Shown: positions 27,627 to 39,805, numbered from the stretch's first letter. The stretch: DNA of 64,000 bases from an uncultured Rhodospirillaceae bacterium (GCA_964517415.1 CAZFCA010000002.1:47288-111287); one strand, 5' to 3'. The notes: generated by a model from the letters alone, not told the origin. A program made the numbers and translations.

Positions 27627-28748
27627 ATGGCGACTCTGGCGCGGTCGGACAGGTCTATTTTGGGGCGATGGTGGTGGACCGTCGACCGCTGGGCGTTGGC
27701 GGCCATTGTCGTCATTATGGGTTTCGGCATTCTGCTCATTCAGGCGTCCACGCCCGCCATTGCGGCCAAACACGGGTGGAGCCATCTCTATTTCGTCGAG
27801 AGGCATTTAGCCATGCTGCTGCCCGCCGTGGCGGTGATCTTTTCCGTTTCTCTTTTGTCGCCGCAAAAGATCCGCGTTCTTTCCGCGGCGTTGCTGACTT
27901 TGTTCCTGCCGCTTTTGATGATAACGCCTTTCATCGGGGCCGAGATCAAGGGCGCCGTAAGGTGGCTTCAACTGCCCGGGTTTTCGATTCAGGCTTCCGA
28001 GTTTGTAAAACCCGTGTTCGCCGTTACTGCCGCGTGGCTTTTTACGCGCCAATGTGAGCGGCGCGGTTTTCCTGCGCTGAGCGTCAATCTAAGCCTTTAC
28101 CTTCTGATTTTAGTTTTTTTGTTGTTGCAGCCGGACATCGGCATGGCTTTTCTTGTTTCCGCCATTTGGTTCGGCCAATATTTTCTTGCCGGATTGCCGG
28201 TGGCTTTCGTCGGGATAAGCCTGTTTGGCGGAATCGCGTCGCTTGTCGCCGCTTATTACGCTTTCCCGCATTTTTCGGCGCGCATGGATAAATTCCTTAG
28301 CCATACGGGCGATACCTATCAGGTTGATCGTGCGCTCAGCGCGTTTGCGAACGGAGGCTGGCTGGGAACGGGGCCGGGCGAAGGCACGATCAAAAGGTCC
28401 ATTCCCGATGCGCACGCCGATTTTATTTTTGCGGTAGCAGGCGAAGAGCTGGGACTGCTTTGGTGCCTGCTTATTATCGGCCTGTTTGCCTTTATCGTTT
28501 TAAGAGGCCTTCTGCGCCTGAAGTCGGAAAACAGCCTTTTCATTGTTCTGGCCGTGAGCGGGCTTCTTGTCGAATTTGGGTTGCAGACCGTTATTAATCT
28601 GACTTCGACTATGCGCCTTATGCCCGCGAAGGGAATGACGCTGCCGTTCATTTCCTATGGAGGGTCGTCTCTTTTCGCCTTGGCCATCGGCATGGGGATG
28701 ATGCTCGCGCTGACAAGAAAGCGCTTTGGTTTGACGGGAAGGAATTAG
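27627..28748 (+). CDS. ftsW: peptidoglycan glycosyltransferase FtsW (SEDS family)
   Basis: 373 aa with 10 TM helices. SEDS motifs are present, including DFIF and the GxGG region. Confidence 0.9.
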   Translation: MATLARSDRSILGRWWWTVDRWALAAIVVIMGFGILLIQASTPAIAAKHGWSHLYFVERHLAMLLPAVAVIFSVSLLSPQKIRVLSAALLTLFLPLLMITPFIGAEIKGAVRWLQLPGFSIQASEFVKPVFAVTAAWLFTRQCERRGFPALSVNLSLYLLILVFLLLQPDIGMAFLVSAIWFGQYFLAGLPVAFVGISLFGGIASLVAAYYAFPHFSARMDKFLSHTGDTYQVDRALSAFANGGWLGTGPGEGTIKRSIPDAHADFIFAVAGEELGLLWCLLIIGLFAFIVLRGLLRLKSENSLFIVLAVSGLLVEFGLQTVINLTSTMRLMPAKGMTLPFISYGGSSLFALAIGMGMMLALTRKRFGLTGRN

Positions 28749-29158
28749 CAAGCGTTCTTCGTCTTGCTTTCCCAATAACGATCTATCGCCTCGCCAATTT
28801 TTGCCTTGTCGAAAGGTTTGGTGATGAATCCGTCCGTGTGGTTAAAAGCTGCTTCTTCGCGATCTGCGGAATAATCGTTGCCTGTGGCCATGATGACATA
28901 GGTGCCTTGGTTATCTTTTTTGATGCGATAGGCAAGGTCGTGTCCTGTGCCGTCCGGAAGGGAAATATCCAAAAAGGCGATATTGGGACGGACCTTTTTA
29001 TACATCTCCCATCCCTCTTTAACAGTGGCGGCCAGCGCGATGGTATGTTCGCTCTCAAAGAGATTTAGAAAAATTTTTCTAATGAAGGCGCTATCCTCGA
29101 CGACAAGAAGACGCAAGGCGGGGCGCACCGGCGTTGATTTGATTTTTTCTTCAACCAT
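28745..29158 (-). CDS. single-domain response regulator (receiver only)
   Basis: 137 aa. It is a paralog of 21348-21761, with the aligned segments LVVEDSAFIRKIF...AFLDISLPDGTG...TKPF. It is convergent with ftsW and overlaps it by 4 bp. Confidence 0.85.
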   Translation of the reverse strand: MVEEKIKSTPVRPALRLLVVEDSAFIRKIFLNLFESEHTIALAATVKEGWEMYKKVRPNIAFLDISLPDGTGHDLAYRIKKDNQGTYVIMATGNDYSADREEAAFNHTDGFITKPFDKAKIGEAIDRYWESKTKNAC

Positions 29159-29293
29159 CGGATATCTCCCTCGTATGGGGCGGCGTGAATAAACTAATGG
29201 AAAATGGTTAAAAAAGAGGATAAGTAATAAGCATGCATTATGCTTACGTTCTTGTAGGGCTTTTCTTTCCGGATTAAAAATTCGTTAATGCCC

Positions 29294-29322
29294 CTTGAAA
29301 GCATTTATAAGATGACCTATCT
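29294..29322 (+). promoter_or_regulatory. candidate RpoH (sigma-32)-type heat-shock promoter of groESL
   Basis: The sequence is CTTGAAA, an 18-nt spacer, then CCTATCT. This approximates the alphaproteobacterial sigma-32 consensus CTTG-N17-18-CYTATNT. It lies about 50 nt upstream of the groES ATG. Confidence 0.4.
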
Positions 29323-29375
29323 CCATCCTACTGAACTTTTTGGCTTTATTGCTTAACCTTTTGAGGAGAGTCCCC

Positions 29376-29696
29376 ATGAAATTCCGTCCCCTGCATGACC
29401 GCGTTGTCGTTCGCCGTTTGGAAGGCGACCAAAAGACTGCGGGAGGCATCATTATTCCCGATACCGCCAAGGAAAAGCCTCAGGAAGGCGAAGTCGTCGC
29501 TGTCGGCCCAGGCGCGCGTGATGAGGAAGGACATGTTCATCCCTTAGACGTTAAAGCTGGCGACCGCATCTTGTTTGGCAAATGGTCCGGCACGGAAGTC
29601 AAAATCGACGGCGAAGAACTGCTTATCATGAAGGAGAGTGATATTCTTGGCGTGGTCGGCTGCTGCTCGGGCGGCGCCTGCAAGCACAAGAAGTAA
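29376..29696 (+). CDS. groES: co-chaperonin GroES with a short Cys/His-rich C-terminal tail
   Basis: The start was re-derived to the ATG at 29376, which is preceded by GAGGAGAG. The protein is 106 aa. A canonical GroES core is followed by [12 protein letters not shown]. Confidence 0.95.
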   Translation: MKFRPLHDRVVVRRLEGDQKTAGGIIIPDTAKEKPQEGEVVAVGPGARDEEGHVHPLDVKAGDRILFGKWSGTEVKIDGEELLIMKESDILGVVGCCSGGACKHKK

Positions 29697-31391
<1,695 letters not shown>

Positions 31392-31430
31392 CCAATCCTT
31401 TTGCCAAAATAAGCAAAAAACAAACAAAAG

Positions 31431-31459
31431 GGCTGCGGGCAATCGCAGCCCTTTTTTTG
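31431..31459 (+). terminator. rho-independent terminator after groEL
   Basis: The stem GGGCTGCG / CGCAGCCC surrounds a GGCAAT loop and is followed by a T7 run. Confidence 0.75.
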
Positions 31460-31657
31460 CCAAAAGCAATTTGCGTCTATGCTAGGCTGCGTACTTTGAT
31501 ATTTATAAAAGAGGCGACCACTTTCCGGAAAAATGGGAGGAAAACGAGGATAAATTTTATGCGCTGTCTGGCGACCTTTTCCAAGCAGTCGGTTTTCAAA
31601 ATAAAGCCAAGAGACGATAATCGCGAGAAGCCCATCCTTGCGTTGCGAGCGGCGGAA

Positions 31658-32650
31658 TCAGGTAAAGGCCATGGCCGCGCGTTCGTAAAAGCCAGCCCCT
31701 TTTTCGCTTAGATGATCGCCATAGCCGCGCATATGAATAGTCGAGGCCTTGATTTCCGGGGTCGCATCCAGCCGTTCATGCAGCTTTGATAAAGAGATGC
31801 CGTCGAATTTATCGAACAAGGCTTCCAAGATGCGGTTGAAAGCGCCCAAGGTTTCATCGGGCGCGGCGAAATAATTCCACTGGTTCTTTCCATTCAGTTC
31901 GGGAAGCTGAAGCCCAACGGCTGTATCATGCACGATGTGCTTTTGCGGCAGTTTGGAAAGGATGTCGAAAAAACGTTTCCCTTGCCTGCAATTGCGCGCT
32001 TGCGCTTTTGCCGGATTGCTCCACCGCTTGTTGCCCAGTTCATGGCCGCTATGGTCCGGCGGGGGCTGAAACAACTCGCCTGACCCCAAGACCATGCACA
32101 CATGAGGAAGCGCTTTTTGATAATTCCATTCCTGGGCGAGAAACAGGGAATCGTTCGTTGCGTTGATCTCGTCGCTTTCCTGATCCAGATAAAGCATGTG
32201 GATCATCTGGGATATGTTTTCCTGCAATCGTTTATCCAGAATTTGAAGTTCGTCGTCTTGTCTGGACTCTTCATAATGTCCTATTGTGGCCACAACCAGC
32301 CGATAGCCGCCCGCGCGCATGCTACGCGAAAGGTCGAGCGTGGAGCGAGTGAGATACCCGGGATCCAGATCGTAAATTTTGTGATTTCCGGATTCCTGCA
32401 GCAATTCAAATTGCCGTATCGCCGCCCACTGGGCCGGAAAATGCGAATCCGAAATCGGCAAACCGCATTTTTTCAAGAAATCTAATTCGTCCGTCAGCTC
32501 TCTCGGAAACCAAACATTATAGCTGGCGGATTTGGTGATGCGCTGTAGGTAGGTGAAGCCGGCGGTGATCTTGCGCCCTGCCGGATGGGGCGATTCAAAA
32601 AGGGAACGGGAAACATCGGGCAGCGTTCGCCCGAAAAGCGTGCGGTTCAT
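31658..32650 (-). CDS. hypothetical protein, possibly hydrolase/deacetylase-like. I recognised no family.
   Basis: 330 aa and cytosolic. The codon usage is good. It has several His/Asp/Glu clusters but no recognised signature. It is convergent with groEL. Confidence 0.4.
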   Translation of the reverse strand: MNRTLFGRTLPDVSRSLFESPHPAGRKITAGFTYLQRITKSASYNVWFPRELTDELDFLKKCGLPISDSHFPAQWAAIRQFELLQESGNHKIYDLDPGYLTRSTLDLSRSMRAGGYRLVVATIGHYEESRQDDELQILDKRLQENISQMIHMLYLDQESDEINATNDSLFLAQEWNYQKALPHVCMVLGSGELFQPPPDHSGHELGNKRWSNPAKAQARNCRQGKRFFDILSKLPQKHIVHDTAVGLQLPELNGKNQWNYFAAPDETLGAFNRILEALFDKFDGISLSKLHERLDATPEIKASTIHMRGYGDHLSEKGAGFYERAAMAFT

Positions 32651-32764
32651 AGGACTCTCCCTTCGCTGGCATGACCCAGATCAGGTTCAACGGGTATGAT
32701 CTCAGCCCTCATCAAAAGGGCACCCCGGATTCGGTTATCAGCTAAACAGACATTGCGCCATTTG

Positions 32765-34093
32765 TCATTTAAAAAGTTCCCTGCCGTTTTCTTCCGCTAG
32801 CACGTGTCCCGCCAGATAAAGAGAGCCGCAGATAAGGATGCGCGGGGGAACTGTGAAAGCGCGCTCGGCAAGGTCGCGCAACGCTTGCGAAACGTCCGCC
32901 GCGGGCTCTGCGCTGAGGCCGATGCTTTTGGCCTTTTCGGCAAGCGCGGGGGCTTCGAAGCTCAAGAGTTCGTTTGGAATCGGAACGGCGCGCATCCCGA
33001 TAATATGCTTGGCTAAGGGAAACAAAAATTCTTCGGGATGCTTGGTAGTCAGCATGCCCAAAATGACGAAAAGCGGCTTTGGATTCGCGCCGTCCTCCTT
33101 CCGCCAAAGGTCGATTTGCGCGGCCAGAACTTCTCCCGCCGAATCGTTGTGTCCGCCGTCAAGCCAAAGCTCGGCCTCGCGCGGTAAAAGCCCCGATAAT
33201 TTTCCAGCACTCAGGCGCTGGAGGCGGGCAGGCCATTCGACCGTATGAAGGCCGGTTTTAATCGCATTTTCGTGTAAGGGCGTTGGCAAAGAAGCCAAGG
33301 CGGCGGTGGCTAAGCCAGCGTTTTGGTGCTGATGTGCCCCAAGAAGGGACGGCTCCGGCAGGTCAAAAGTGCGCGTGGCGTCGGAAAAAAGGAATCCCGT
33401 GCCTGAAGACTCGATTTTCCATTCCGCGCCGCCCAGATAAAGCGGCGCATGAAGCATGGCCGCCGCGTCGCGCAACACTTGCGCGGCCGAGCCGAGAGGC
33501 TGCGCGGCCGCATAGCATGGGACGCCGGCGCGCATAATGCCCGCTTTTTCACCCGCGATTTCCTCGATGGTATCGCCCAGATAGTCGCGATGATCCACAG
33601 ACAGGCGCGTGATGATGGTTGCCAAGGGTTTTGAAATGACGTTGGTGGCGTCCAGTTTGCCGCCGAGGCCGGTTTCAAGAATGGTGAAGTCGGCGGGGTG
33701 CCGCGTAAAAGCGGCAAAAGCCGCCGCCGTTCCCGCCTCGAAATAAGAAAGGGTGCCTGGTTCGACGAGCTTTTCGATTCCGGCAAGAAGCGAAACCAGT
33801 TCTTCTTCACTTATCAATTTTCCCGCAAGCCTGATGCGCTCATGGCAGCGAATAAGGTGCGGGGATGTATAGACATGAACTTTGTATCCCGCCGCCTCCA
33901 GCATGGCGCGAAGAAAAGCGCAGGTGGAGCCTTTGCCATTCGTTCCGGCCACATGGAAGACGGGCGGCAAGCGGTTTTGCGGATTGTCCAGCTTTTCAAG
34001 CAAGACGCGGTAAGCCGGGCGTAGAGCCAGATCGATATCCTTTCCGAACGAGGTTCGGAAGCGTTCAAGAATGTCGTGCGAGGTGTCGGGCAT
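32765..34093 (-). CDS. folC: bifunctional folylpolyglutamate synthase / dihydrofolate synthase FolC
   Basis: The P-loop is VAGTNGKGST. The fold is Mur-ligase-like. The motif YTSPHL is present. Confidence 0.9.
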   Translation of the reverse strand: MPDTSHDILERFRTSFGKDIDLALRPAYRVLLEKLDNPQNRLPPVFHVAGTNGKGSTCAFLRAMLEAAGYKVHVYTSPHLIRCHERIRLAGKLISEEELVSLLAGIEKLVEPGTLSYFEAGTAAAFAAFTRHPADFTILETGLGGKLDATNVISKPLATIITRLSVDHRDYLGDTIEEIAGEKAGIMRAGVPCYAAAQPLGSAAQVLRDAAAMLHAPLYLGGAEWKIESSGTGFLFSDATRTFDLPEPSLLGAHQHQNAGLATAALASLPTPLHENAIKTGLHTVEWPARLQRLSAGKLSGLLPREAELWLDGGHNDSAGEVLAAQIDLWRKEDGANPKPLFVILGMLTTKHPEEFLFPLAKHIIGMRAVPIPNELLSFEAPALAEKAKSIGLSAEPAADVSQALRDLAERAFTVPPRILICGSLYLAGHVLAEENGRELFK

Positions 34094-34140
34094 GGTTATT
34101 GTAAATATGGGGCGGATATCGAGGAATTCCAGAGAGGGGG

Positions 34141-34602
34141 TTATTGTTCTTTATTCGGTGTTGCGTCGATCCATCCTTTGTCGGTCTGTTGCCAATAGCT
34201 GAGCACATGGTCAGCGTTCTTGGCTTCGGAAAAGCGAAGGCGCGCTGCGGCTACGGCCTGCTCGTTGCCGCCGTCGAATATATCGCAAACGCGCGCGTAT
34301 TCGTGAAGGCGGATGCTTACGGCGCCATCGGTTAGGAACAAAATATCGGCGTTGTTGGGGCGTTCATCTTCCGGCGTTATCCAGACGGGCTGAAGTTCCG
34401 CATGGCCGTCCTTTGCGTTGCCATGGGGAAGGAAGCCGTTGGGATTATAGGTCCAAAGCATCTGGGTCAGGGCTTCGGCGCGTTCGGGCGATCCTGCCAT
34501 GACGACGGCTTTTGATCCGCGCTCAAGGGTCTTTTCCAGAAGCTCCGGCAGCGCCTGTTCAAGCGTTTTGCGTGTGAGATGATAAAAGCGGATTTCCGTC
34601 AT
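34141..34602 (-). CDS. holC: DNA polymerase III subunit chi
   Basis: 153 aa. The N-terminus MTEIRFYHL is typical of alphaproteobacterial HolC. Confidence 0.8.
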   Translation of the reverse strand: MTEIRFYHLTRKTLEQALPELLEKTLERGSKAVVMAGSPERAEALTQMLWTYNPNGFLPHGNAKDGHAELQPVWITPEDERPNNADILFLTDGAVSIRLHEYARVCDIFDGGNEQAVAAARLRFSEAKNADHVLSYWQQTDKGWIDATPNKEQ

Positions 34603-34726
34603 GAAAGTCCTTTGCGGGAGACGCGATAATCTTTCACAACCCTAAAATAAACGCAAGGATTTGCGGGCTTGCCGCCAATAGAGGCGCATGCTAATGCCTC
34701 AAACACATTGTCATAGCGAGAAAATC

Positions 34727-35443
34727 ATGCGTCCTTCAAACCGCTCTTTCGATCAGATGCGAAACGTTTCCCTTCTTCCTGGGTTCGCAAAATATGCCGA
34801 AGGTTCCTGCCTTGTGAAAGTCGGCGATACGCACGTGCTTTGCACCGCCAGCGTCGACGAAAAAGTGCCGCCCTTCTTGCGGAATAGCGGCCTGGGATGG
34901 GTGACTGCCGAATACGGCATGTTGCCACGCGCGACCTCGGAACGCACGGAAAGGGAAGCCGCGAAAGGCAAACAGACGGGGCGCACGCAGGAAATTCAGC
35001 GCTTGATCGGCCGCAGCCTGCGCGCGGTTGTCGATAGGAAAGTGCTGGGGGAAATCCAGATCAAAGTCGATTGCGATGTTTTGCAGGCCGACGGCGGCAC
35101 GCGCACCGCCTCGATAACGGGCGGCTATGTCGCCTTGGGCCAGGCCTGCCAATTTTTGTTAAAGACGGGACGGCTGACATCCAATCCCTTGATAGATTCC
35201 GTGGCGGCCGTTTCTTGCGGAATTTATAAAGGCGAAGCTGTTCTGGATTTGGATTATGCCGAGGATTCCAGCGCGGATATCGATTCGAATTTTGTCCTGA
35301 CCGGCAAAGGCGGAATCGTCGAAATTCAGGGCACGGCAGAAAAGGGAACGTTCTCGGAAGCGCAGTTTCAATCCCTTCTTAGATTGGCTCAAAAAGGCAT
35401 TGGCGAGCTATCCGCGCTGCAAAAAGAATCATTAGGGATATAA
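34727..35443 (+). CDS. rph: ribonuclease PH
   Basis: It aligns with E. coli RNase PH from MRPSNRS. Conserved segments include [20 protein letters not shown] and [14 protein letters not shown]. The start was re-derived to the ATG at 34727. Confidence 0.9.
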   Translation: MRPSNRSFDQMRNVSLLPGFAKYAEGSCLVKVGDTHVLCTASVDEKVPPFLRNSGLGWVTAEYGMLPRATSERTEREAAKGKQTGRTQEIQRLIGRSLRAVVDRKVLGEIQIKVDCDVLQADGGTRTASITGGYVALGQACQFLLKTGRLTSNPLIDSVAAVSCGIYKGEAVLDLDYAEDSSADIDSNFVLTGKGGIVEIQGTAEKGTFSEAQFQSLLRLAQKGIGELSALQKESLGI

Positions 35444-35624
35444 TTAATAACCCCTTGTTTTTCTTCGTTTTGATTGCGGCATTGTAGGCGATGGGGCAGT
35501 CATCGGAAGAAAGGGTTTTTGTTCGATAATCCAGTAAATAAAGGCCTAAAGATAACCCTTGCGAAAAAGACGTTACGATGTCAGAAGGTTTCTGGTCTTG
35601 AGTTATCTCACCCGCAGGTAATAA

Positions 35625-36668
<1,044 letters not shown>

Positions 36669-36686
36669 CAAGGCGGGGAGGGACAG

Positions 36687-37337
36687 ATGGCACGGGCACA
36701 GCATTTCAGTAAGAGTTCGACGCGAGGGTTTACGCTTACCGAGGTGGCGATTGTCCTTTGCATCTTCAGCATCATCCTTGGGGGCATATGGGCTTACACA
36801 TCCTCAATGAAAAACAGCCTGAAGCATGAGCAGTTCAGCCAGCTTCTTGTCACGCTTACGAACAATATACGCGGCAGCTATGCGGGAAGGACGTCGTTTG
36901 ATCACACCAACGCGGATACAATGATGCCTCTCCTCATGCAAAAGGGCGTTTTCCCTGCTGATATGGTCAAAAGAACAGGAACCCGCTCGGTTGCCATTTC
37001 TCCTTTTGGAGAATTTACTCCAAGCCCGACCGGGAATTTGACTTATAAATCCATTTATATATGCGGATGGAAGGCGAAAGACAGCACACGCTGTGTTTTT
37101 GGAGGAGGAGAGGCAGACGTTCCCTTGTTCGCCATCGAAACGGTGATGAAGCACAGCGATTGTATTACAGCAGCCGTCAGGAATTCAAATCCGGTTCATT
37201 TTCCCGGTCTTGTGGGCGTTTATGTTAACGGGGCTCAGGTTCTGCCACTTCCTGTAACGACAGGGGCGGCTGCGGATGCGTGTCGCGGAGGCACTGGCGT
37301 TAGCTATATCGATTTTGTCTTTAAACTTGTGCCGTAA
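36687..37337 (+). CDS. type IV pilin / pseudopilin-like protein (prepilin N-terminal cleavage/methylation domain)
   Basis: The N-terminus MARAQHFSKSSTRG^FTLTEVAIVLCIFSIILGGIW is a class III signal, with Gly at -1, Phe at +1 and Glu at +5 followed by a hydrophobic helix. There are four Cys in the C-terminal half. It lies 19 bp downstream of mreB. Confidence 0.7.
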   Translation: MARAQHFSKSSTRGFTLTEVAIVLCIFSIILGGIWAYTSSMKNSLKHEQFSQLLVTLTNNIRGSYAGRTSFDHTNADTMMPLLMQKGVFPADMVKRTGTRSVAISPFGEFTPSPTGNLTYKSIYICGWKAKDSTRCVFGGGEADVPLFAIETVMKHSDCITAAVRNSNPVHFPGLVGVYVNGAQVLPLPVTTGAAADACRGGTGVSYIDFVFKLVP

Positions 37338-37468
37338 AAGCTCTCCGGTCTTGGTAGACGGTCTTCAAAAAGAAGATTCTCGCTGTTAAAGCGGGGGGAG
37401 TTTTTGCTATATAGAGAGAGCGGGCTGGGCATGGCGCGCGTTTCTTTTCTTTTTCTCGAAGCAGACAA

Positions 37469-38818
37469 ATGATCACTCCCCGCACGCCTTCCGGCACTTT
37501 GGAACTCCTTCCCCGCGAGCAAATGGTCTTTCAGCATATGCAAGACGTCATTCGCCGCGCCTATGAAAGGTTCGGCTTTGTGCAAATCGAAACGCCGATT
37601 TTTGAAGTGAAAGATGTGCTTCTGACCAAATCGGGCGGCGAGACGGAAAAGCAAGTCTATTTCGTTCAATCGACCGGTGCCGTGCAGCAGGGGCATGAAG
37701 CCGAGCTTGCGCTTCATTTTGATCTGACGGTGCCTTTGGCTCGCTACGTCGCCGAGCATGAACGGGAGTTGGCTTTTCCTTTTCGGCGCTATCAGATTCA
37801 GCGCGTTTACCGCGGCGAGAGGGCGCAAAAGGGACGCTTCCGGGAGTTTTATCAATGCGATATCGATGTCATTGGCAAGGATAAGCTGACCGCGGCTTAT
37901 GACGCCGAAATCCCCGCGATTATGGTTCAGATATTTGAGGAGTTGAAAGTCGGCGATTTCACCATTCATTTTAGCAATCGGAAAATTCTGCGCGGCCTTT
38001 TAGCGGACGTGGGAATTACGGATGAAGAAAAGCAAAAGCTGATTTTGCGCGAGATCGACAAGCTGGATAAAATCGGCAAAGAAAATATTCTTTCCTCTTT
38101 AGCGGATTTCGGCTTGGAGAAAGCGAGGGCCGACGTTTTTCTTCGCTTGATTACGCACAAAGGAAGCAAAGACGAAGTTCTGAGCGAGCTTCGGGCGTTG
38201 CCTGCGAAAGACCCCCTTTTCATTCAAGGGGTGGAAGAAACGGCGGCCATGGTGGAGACCTTGCGCGCGCTTGAGGTTCCGGAGAATAGAACCCGGCTTA
38301 ATCTTTCCATCGCGCGAGGGCTCGATTACTACACGGGCGCCGTTTATGAAACCCTGATCGACGCGCATCCCGAATTCGGCAGCGTTTGCTCCGGCGGGCG
38401 GTATGACGACCTTGCCAGCCATTATACGAAATCCAAGCTGCCTGGCGTCGGCATCTCCATCGGCTTGACCCGCCTGTTTGACCAATTGCGCGCGACGGGC
38501 GCCCTTCCGGCTGCGCCCGCGACGACGCAAGCGCTTATCCTTCAAATCGGCGGGGAGAAAAGCATTCGGCAAGCCTGTCTTAAGCTCGCCGCCGATCTGA
38601 GGGAGAAGGGATTGAATGTCGAGCTTTATCTCGAAGAGGCCAAGCTCGACAAGCAACTTAAATATGCGGACAAAGCGGGCATCCCTGCGGTTGTTCTTGT
38701 CGGAAAAAATGAAATGGCAAAGGACGCTTTCATTGTTAAAAACATGAAGGCCAAAAAGCAGGAAGAAATCGGCAGAGACGCACTGGTGGAAAAAATACGC
38801 CGCATTTTGGAGGATTAA
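37469..38818 (+). CDS. hisS: histidine--tRNA ligase
   Basis: Class II aaRS motif 2 reads YRGERAQKGRFREFYQCD. The HisRS histidine-binding region is present. The C-terminal anticodon-binding domain rules out HisZ. Confidence 0.85.
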   Translation: MITPRTPSGTLELLPREQMVFQHMQDVIRRAYERFGFVQIETPIFEVKDVLLTKSGGETEKQVYFVQSTGAVQQGHEAELALHFDLTVPLARYVAEHERELAFPFRRYQIQRVYRGERAQKGRFREFYQCDIDVIGKDKLTAAYDAEIPAIMVQIFEELKVGDFTIHFSNRKILRGLLADVGITDEEKQKLILREIDKLDKIGKENILSSLADFGLEKARADVFLRLITHKGSKDEVLSELRALPAKDPLFIQGVEETAAMVETLRALEVPENRTRLNLSIARGLDYYTGAVYETLIDAHPEFGSVCSGGRYDDLASHYTKSKLPGVGISIGLTRLFDQLRATGALPAAPATTQALILQIGGEKSIRQACLKLAADLREKGLNVELYLEEAKLDKQLKYADKAGIPAVVLVGKNEMAKDAFIVKNMKAKKQEEIGRDALVEKIRRILED

Positions 38819-38858
38819 GATTGCCATCCTTGGATTTCAACAAGCACTTGCCGCCGCT

Positions 38859-39551
38859 ATGAGTCGCCGATTTCTCATTTCTTCGATTGTGTTCTTGGGG
38901 CTCGTTATTCTTTCGGCGGAACCTTCGATGGCGGCGCCTTCCTCTAGAGAAAAGGACTTGGGCGTTTTTGGCGCTTGGCGCGCTTTGGCTTATGACGAGG
39001 GCGGCCAGACCGTATGCTACATGGTTACCACCAAAACGCTGAAATCGACAGGACCTCAAAAGCGCGGCCAGCCTTATCTGATGATTACCCATCGCCCTGT
39101 CGAGGCCAGCATCGACGTTTTTAGTTATGGAGCGGGAACTATGCTGGACGCCAAGCACGGCGTTCGGCTTAAGGCGGACCAAAAAACCTTCGATCTTTTT
39201 TCTGTTCGCGATAATGCATGGGCGCGCGATGCTTTTACGGACCACAGGATATCCGCCGCCATAAGAAAGGGCGGCACGATACAAATCGCTGGGCTTGCCG
39301 CGGAAGGCCGCATGCAGACTATTAGCGATACATTCGATTTATCCGGCGCGGCAGGCGCATACAAAGCCATCGGAAGGGCCTGCGAATTGCCGGAGGCTGA
39401 ATCGGAAAAAGCCAGCTTAAAGAAAAAGGCGAAAAAAGAATTGCCTGTTCAGAAAAAGCCGCCTAAGGCCTCAGAAAAGAAGGCGAAGAAGTTAAAGCAG
39501 CCCGCAAAAAAGACGCCTCAAAAATCCCGTCCTACACATCCAAAGATGTAA
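38859..39551 (+). CDS. invasion-associated locus B (IalB)-like periplasmic protein with a Lys-rich tail
   Basis: It has a signal peptide. The core is about 170 aa and resembles the IalB family, with a conserved Cys pair and the motif WxxxxY. The C-terminus is a KKxxKK repeat tail. Confidence 0.5.
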   Translation: MSRRFLISSIVFLGLVILSAEPSMAAPSSREKDLGVFGAWRALAYDEGGQTVCYMVTTKTLKSTGPQKRGQPYLMITHRPVEASIDVFSYGAGTMLDAKHGVRLKADQKTFDLFSVRDNAWARDAFTDHRISAAIRKGGTIQIAGLAAEGRMQTISDTFDLSGAAGAYKAIGRACELPEAESEKASLKKKAKKELPVQKKPPKASEKKAKKLKQPAKKTPQKSRPTHPKM

Positions 39552-39805
39552 GACCCATACCGAACGATTAGTGAAAATATCCATCTCTTTGATCTCAAAG
39601 GCTTATTCAGTTCGGCGAGGGGTGGGCTTCTCGTAACAGGGTCTGACCCCATAAGGAGTTACTTCATGCGCAGGTTGGCATTAAACCAACCGTTCAGGCT
39701 CTTGTGCAAAAGCGTCAGGTTTTGTAGCCTTTGTTGTCGTTCGAGCCGGATTTCAAAGCGACGAAAATCCCGCTTTCATCCAAGGCTTATCCGAGGGGCG
39801 CGCTT

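Noticed and set aside
29227-29247. The palindrome TAAGCATGCATTATGCTTA upstream of groES was considered as a CIRCE element.
   Set aside because: It does not match the CIRCE consensus TTAGCACTC-N9-GAGTGCTAA. It is kept only as a note under the groESL promoter finding.
37304-37969. A 221-aa minus-strand ORF overlaps the hisS 5' region.
   Set aside because: It is antisense to hisS, whose N-terminus aligns well with HisRS. No motifs are recognisable.
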